DNA of 12,979 nucleotides from the NCBI GenBank assembly GCA_038534095.1, contig JBCAXK010000042.1, forward strand, positions 1-12,979, written 5' to 3'. Made by a program: the position numbers and the translations under genes. Shown one piece after another: positions 8,772 through 12,979 of this stretch. The stretch is from Chlamydiota bacterium. Lineage in GTDB: Bacteria; Chlamydiota; Chlamydiia; Chlamydiales; SM23-39. Every line of letters begins with the position of its first letter. Position 1 is the first letter of the stretch. The notes under the pieces were generated by a model. That model made no database searches. It was given only the letters and a program-made list of their open reading frames with translations, and was not told where the DNA came from.

Positions 8772-9066
8772 AGATTCTCCTCTCTTATTTGTACCATCTC
8801 TGATGCGGTTTTTGTCGTCAAGAGAGTTTGTTTTCCCCAAAGCGTTCTAGAAAAATTCTCTTGCAAAGGATGCCTCAAGAAACTTTTCTAGCTAGAGAGT
8901 ACCTTCTCCCCACTACACTACTCTATTGGTTGCAGAATAGAAACCAACTGTATTACGCCGTTGTTCCAGAATCAAAAAATGGCGTTATGAAAAACAACAA
9001 ACAAAATAGAGCCTCTCGAAAACGCGTTTTATCTCTTTGATTACGCGATCATTAACCTCTCGTCTA

Positions 9067-9095
9067 TTGCTTTTATTCAGAAAAGATTTTAGCCT
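9067..9095 (+). promoter_or_regulatory. Putative sigma66/70 promoter of the 228-aa gene
   Basis: TTGCTT-N17-TAGCCT, then SD AAGGAG at 9110-9115 and ATG at 9121. Confidence 0.5.
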
Positions 9096-9120
9096 TTCTC
9101 TAATTTTTTAAGGAGTTCTT

Positions 9121-9807
9121 ATGCTGGGGCATTGTTCTAGAATTTTTGCAGGTCAACTATCAGACTTGTACGCCAATTATTTTTCTCCTCCAGAATCCTT
9201 AAGCGAGCGCGCTCGGACATCTGTAAACCATCTCTATCAAACCTTGCCATCGATCAATGATTGTCGGAATCTATCCCTCCATCTTTTCGCGCATTATCTA
9301 TCGTTTTCCGCAGCGCCGGCTACTTTAGCTGGAATGAGCGCAATCGTAGTACTTTACGATAGCCACCTCCATCCAGGGGGCGAAGTAAATGCCTGCGACT
9401 ACTCTAATCTCTATCTGATGACTAGTACCATTATTGGAGTGGCTGCCGCTCTTTTAGAACTGTCCATACACCCTATCGATCGTCTTGATGGAAAAATTGA
9501 TCAAAAAGTCGGCCGGTATATATCGACTAGTAACTGTAAAACAGCCCTACTAGCCTGGCTCACGTTAAAGGGGATTAGCGCGTTGCAATACTCTCCCATT
9601 CTTCATTGTTCCGCTGCACAAACTCGAAAAATGTATCTCCAAGGTGTCTTGTGTATAGGATCAAGCCGTATGCTGTGGATGATCCTTGGATATCGATCCG
9701 AACGTATTTTCGAAAGTTGTTTTCAGGAATGGAAAAAACAGCAGGGTGCCTATCATTCTAACATCGCTTGGATGCGTGAAATAGGGTGGATTCGGGATGA
9801 TGCTTAA
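9121..9807 (+). CDS. Hypothetical membrane protein, 228 aa, up to ~4 hydrophobic segments
   Basis: Strong SD and a promoter candidate. Hydrophobic stretches at about aa 51-79, 97-116, 142-157 and 171-191. No family recognised. Confidence 0.75.
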   Translation: MLGHCSRIFAGQLSDLYANYFSPPESLSERARTSVNHLYQTLPSINDCRNLSLHLFAHYLSFSAAPATLAGMSAIVVLYDSHLHPGGEVNACDYSNLYLMTSTIIGVAAALLELSIHPIDRLDGKIDQKVGRYISTSNCKTALLAWLTLKGISALQYSPILHCSAAQTRKMYLQGVLCIGSSRMLWMILGYRSERIFESCFQEWKKQQGAYHSNIAWMREIGWIRDDA

Positions 9808-9928
9808 ACTGATGATACAAATTGTACCTACTTTCTGCAAAAAACATGCTCGGAATTTCTAAAGCGGGCATTCTCTTTTGAAAAACAAAAATAGGACCGC
9901 ACCTCGATGAAAGATCTCCTCTGTTTTA

Positions 9929-9964
9929 AAATACAGCTAGGATGTAGACATTCTAGCTGTGTTT
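9929..9964 (+). terminator. Long hairpin, possible terminator of the 228-aa gene
   Basis: AAATACAGCTAGGATGT-AG-ACATTCTAGCTGTGTTT has 17-nt arms. The two non-Watson-Crick positions are G-U pairs on the + strand. The U-tract is short. Confidence 0.5.
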
Positions 9965-10090
9965 CGCTTCAGCGAAGCTCCTACTTATCGAAGGCTGCAC
10001 AAGAGTGTTTTTTTAATACTCTTACTTAGAAGCAATCAGCGTAAAGTTCGTTCAATCGCTGTTTACGTGCTGAGTAAAATATTCTCCGTT
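9953..10090 (-). pseudogene. Possible decayed remnant of a paralog of the 315-aa gene
   Basis: Fragments in different frames: KQRLNELYA (10038-10064) resembles KQQLASLYA, and ...QPSISRSFAEAKHS* (stop at 9953-9955) resembles ...NPSI...VEKKTS*. The same 3' flank follows. Confidence 0.35.
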
Positions 10091-10348
10091 AGTGACTTGT
10101 TCTATTAGTCCCTTTGCAAAATCGCTCATTAAAGGAAGCAGATTGAGATCAGCTATCTTCAGGAAGAAAAGGAACAGGCTATGTCTATTATTCCATCACT
10201 ACTTGGATCCGTAATCAGGGATTGATTCAAGATCACACTTAAGTTGCTGGATTAGACTGCTCTAGTTCCTTCATAAAAAAGAATGAAACTCTTAAATCAG
10301 CAGCTCGCTTTTGAGAAAACTAAGATCTTGAGAAACAAAGCTGGGATA

Positions 10349-10368
10349 GCCCTCCATGAAAAGAGGGC
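10349..10368 (-). terminator. Hairpin downstream of the 315-aa gene
   Basis: GCCCTC-N8-GAGGGC starts 23 nt after the stop; no immediate U-tract. Confidence 0.3.
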
Positions 10369-10391
10369 ATCTAGGTTAACATGTAGATATT

Positions 10392-11339
10392 CTAGCTGGT
10401 TTTCTTTTCGACATCCATGCTTCCTTGTTCCGAGGAGACTGCACGGACATCTGTCTCTCTTCTCATTTTCATTTCTGATAAATGCCCTATACTAGGGTTA
10501 AGAGATGTCTGCAAAGCTTTAAGAACTTCATTCAAGGCTTGACGAGCGTCATCAAGGAATATCGCTTTTAGAAGGCCCTCATAATCATTGCTTCTTATGA
10601 GTTTGGACAGAGACTGTTTTATCCAATTCAAGGTAGGAAACGCTTTTATTTGCGGCAAACTCATCTTATTAAGCTGATTGGAAAAAGTTCCTGAAGTGGC
10701 TAGTACTTGTACCAGGTTTTTGTAATCTGTGCTACTCAGTATTTCGATCACAACTCTGTTTATCTTATTCGTAATTAGAAAGCCTCCTGTTTGTGCTACT
10801 GTCGCAATTTTATATCCTCTGGATAAAATTTCTAAACAGGTTTTGATGGAATGAATTTCATCATAGACTTTTTGTACAGTTGCTCTAAAAGGGCTTGAGG
10901 GGTCCGTTGAGTAAACAATTTTGCATATAGTCGCATCGATAGTTTCTACTGGAGCAAATAATCTTTCTTCAACACTTTTTTCAATACTCGAGTTTCTTTG
11001 AATATTTGTAGCGATTTCGCTAATAGATCGGAAAAAGTCAGGTAGCGTCTTCAAAAAAATTTTTGTATTTTCGCTGCAGTGTTTCTGACGTTTTACTGCA
11101 TTTAATAACTGTTGAATACTCTTGCAACTATACTTATTAAAGGATTCATGCATTTCATCAAACTGTCTCTGAGCTTCATTAAAAACATCTTGGGTAAATC
11201 CAGCATTGATTAATCGGGTTTTTTCCCCCTGGGGGAGATTACTTGTATTAATTCTCCGATTGTAATTATTTTCTAAAGCACCCTTGTTGTGTGCATAAAG
11301 TGATGCAAGTTGTTGTTTATAAAGATATTCAACTGTCAT
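10392..11339 (-). CDS. Hypothetical low-GC, predicted alpha-helical protein, 315 aa
   Basis: Long ORF; ATG 11339 preferred over TTG 11357 because GAGG lies 8 nt upstream. Amphipathic K/N/S/I/L/Q-rich sequence with no signal peptide, TM segment or recognised motif. Confidence 0.8.
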   Translation of the reverse strand: MTVEYLYKQQLASLYAHNKGALENNYNRRINTSNLPQGEKTRLINAGFTQDVFNEAQRQFDEMHESFNKYSCKSIQQLLNAVKRQKHCSENTKIFLKTLPDFFRSISEIATNIQRNSSIEKSVEERLFAPVETIDATICKIVYSTDPSSPFRATVQKVYDEIHSIKTCLEILSRGYKIATVAQTGGFLITNKINRVVIEILSSTDYKNLVQVLATSGTFSNQLNKMSLPQIKAFPTLNWIKQSLSKLIRSNDYEGLLKAIFLDDARQALNEVLKALQTSLNPSIGHLSEMKMRRETDVRAVSSEQGSMDVEKKTS

Positions 11340-11588
11340 AAAATTTTCCTCATTCAATAAAATTCCTATTCATAGTAAACAATACCAGATGTTTTTTCTA
11401 TAAAAATCTAACGCTCTTGGGATTACGTACGCAGAAGACTTTTTTTGCATGACGCGGGCCTGAACTTTCCGAAAACGCAAAATACCTTGTCAGCTTGCAA
11501 CTTCTTTTGCACAATACTTCGAAGGCGCATGAAGCCGTAAAAAGCAAAACACCCAAAAGTCGTATGATTATTGCGACTCTTGATTGCA

Positions 11589-11633
11589 AGAGAGGAAGTG
11601 ACCTCTCTACCTTTGTATTTTTTTGTTGTTTTT
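11589..11633 (+). terminator. Intrinsic-terminator-like hairpin with T-rich tail on the + strand
   Basis: AGAGAGG-AAGTGA-CCTCTCT (11589-11608) followed by ACCTTTGTATTTTTTTGTTGTTTTT. Confidence 0.45.
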
Positions 11634-11799
11634 AGAGCCTGTAAGAAACTCTTCAGGAAAAGGCGATAACTAGGTAAAAATTGTTACGATCTTTCATGAG
11701 GTAAAGTAGAGTGGCGACTTAGCTCTTCATGTAGATAGTCTTTACAAAAAGACCTAGGGATCGTCCCAAATTTTTTGTGGAAAAAATCCGCTATCTCAG

Positions 11800-12933
11800 T
11801 TAGGCGAACATGAACCTTCGCGTATAAATGCTTTGTAAAAGACCTAGAGCAGTCATTGTGGTGATGACAGAACTTCCTCCATAAGTCACAAGCAGTAAGG
11901 GAACCCCAGTAATTGGGAGAAGTCCCAGCATCATCCCAATATTGAGGAGAATATGCACTGTTAAATAGATGGTAAGACCTGAAGCTAATAGCTTACCGTA
12001 AGCATCTTTTGCATGAAGCGCTACGGAAAAACCGAAATAGATCAAGCTATAAAATAGGGTGAACAAAAATGCGACCCCAAAGAAACCATACTCTTCTGCG
12101 TAGGCAGAAAATACCGAGTCTGTATGAGCAGCGGGAAGCCACTTTTGAGAAGAAAAGAGACTTTGCCGGTAGCCGCTGCCAGTAAGTCCTCCAATCGCAA
12201 CCGCCGTTTTGGCCGCTCTTTGGTGGTAGGTATCTGGATTAAGACGAGCGTATTGGTACTCCTTGAGAACTTTTGTGAATAGGGGCTTCATTTCTCTATG
12301 CGATAAGAACCCCGAGAAGATGCCAACGCAGAGGAGTAAAATGGCAACGCTAATCGCGCCAATCATCAGAAGCGCTTTTTTATGGACACCCGCTACATAC
12401 GACATCACAAGGGCAATCGGATAGAGCACAAGAGCTGTTCCAAGATCGGGCTGCTTGACGATGAGAAGAAACGGAACTGTGACAATGATCATGATTTCAA
12501 CAAAGGTCTTTTTTGTGTGGATGATCGGAAGCTTCCGTTCAATGAACCAGCTTAAGGTAAACACCAAAACGAGCTTAGCATATTCGGAGGGTTGGAAGGA
12601 CATGCGAAGAAAAGGGATCCTATACCACCTATGCACATTCTGTATCGGGGAAGTTGCGTATAGCCCTACAAGGAGAAGAAGGAATAGGAGGTACAAAGGC
12701 CACGTCCATTCTCGGAGCTTTTGGTAATTGATCCCTGCGGTGAAGAAAAAGAGGGCCCATCCAAGGAGAAAAGAGCACATTTGATTCTTTACATAACGGG
12801 TCGAAAATATCTCTTCACTTTCCATGGTCATGGAAGAAATCACCAAAAGAGAGATCACCATCAAGCAGGTGATGGTCAAAACGACCCGAAGGTCGATTTT
12901 TGGTAAGTGTCGATAACTCCAAAAACGCTCCAT
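11800..12933 (-). CDS. rodA: SEDS-family peptidoglycan glycosyltransferase, RodA-type
   Basis: About 10 TM segments with RWYRIP, FQPSEYAKL, KQPDLGTA, AIGGLTGSG, LPAAHTDSVF (catalytic Asp), LLPITGVPLLLVTYGGSS. It is not in a mur/dcw cluster, which favours RodA over FtsW. Confidence 0.9.
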   Translation of the reverse strand: MERFWSYRHLPKIDLRVVLTITCLMVISLLVISSMTMESEEIFSTRYVKNQMCSFLLGWALFFFTAGINYQKLREWTWPLYLLFLLLLVGLYATSPIQNVHRWYRIPFLRMSFQPSEYAKLVLVFTLSWFIERKLPIIHTKKTFVEIMIIVTVPFLLIVKQPDLGTALVLYPIALVMSYVAGVHKKALLMIGAISVAILLLCVGIFSGFLSHREMKPLFTKVLKEYQYARLNPDTYHQRAAKTAVAIGGLTGSGYRQSLFSSQKWLPAAHTDSVFSAYAEEYGFFGVAFLFTLFYSLIYFGFSVALHAKDAYGKLLASGLTIYLTVHILLNIGMMLGLLPITGVPLLLVTYGGSSVITTMTALGLLQSIYTRRFMFA

Positions 12934-12979
12934 AAGTTTATCTTAGCAAAATGGAGCTCAAGGTGTTATCTTTTCATGT

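Larger units (their letters stand above)
9878..10404. repeat. Degenerate direct repeat (about 9878-9966 and 10328-10404), period about 440-450 nt
   Basis: 9942-9959 ATGTAGACATTCTAGCTG vs 10381-10398 ATGTAGATATTCTAGCTG (17/18). 9878-9912 vs 10328-10361 align at 27/35 with one gap, and the two blocks are collinear. Confidence 0.75.

Noticed and set aside
8828..9040. 70-aa + ORF
   Set aside because: TTG start, no SD or motif; lies in a divergent regulatory spacer.
10283..10495. 70-aa + ORF
   Set aside because: Overlaps the 315-aa gene antisense and the repeat element; no SD.
9878..11741. Repeats as integron attC sites or IS ends
   Set aside because: No clear RYYYAAC...GTTRRRY boxes, terminal inverted repeats, target duplication, integrase or transposase.
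12455..12906. 90-aa and 61-aa + ORFs
   Set aside because: Antisense shadows of rodA.

Overview
Chlamydiae-type chromosomal region; the gene order tsp <- / rpsL-rpsG-fusA-rpsJ -> without tuf and the protein sequences point to this phylum, probably an environmental lineage. The core genes are tRNA-Phe(GAA), the tail-specific protease tsp/prc, the str operon with rpsJ, and rodA. Two accessory areas flank them. On the left is the 5' part of a large autotransporter-type passenger gene (missing from the ORF track because it runs off the window), preceded by a 2x44-bp tandem repeat in which each unit encodes a 12-aa leader ORF. On the right are a two-gene unit (beta-rich hypothetical plus BamE/SmpA-like lipoprotein), an orphan membrane protein, a low-GC helical orphan whose 3' flank is duplicated around a probable decayed paralog, and a structured spacer with a small hydrophobic ORF. 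I see no CRISPR array, transposase or integrase. I cannot demonstrate a new system from sequence alone. The best candidates are the leader-peptide repeat and the 9.8-11.8 kb duplicated/structured region.
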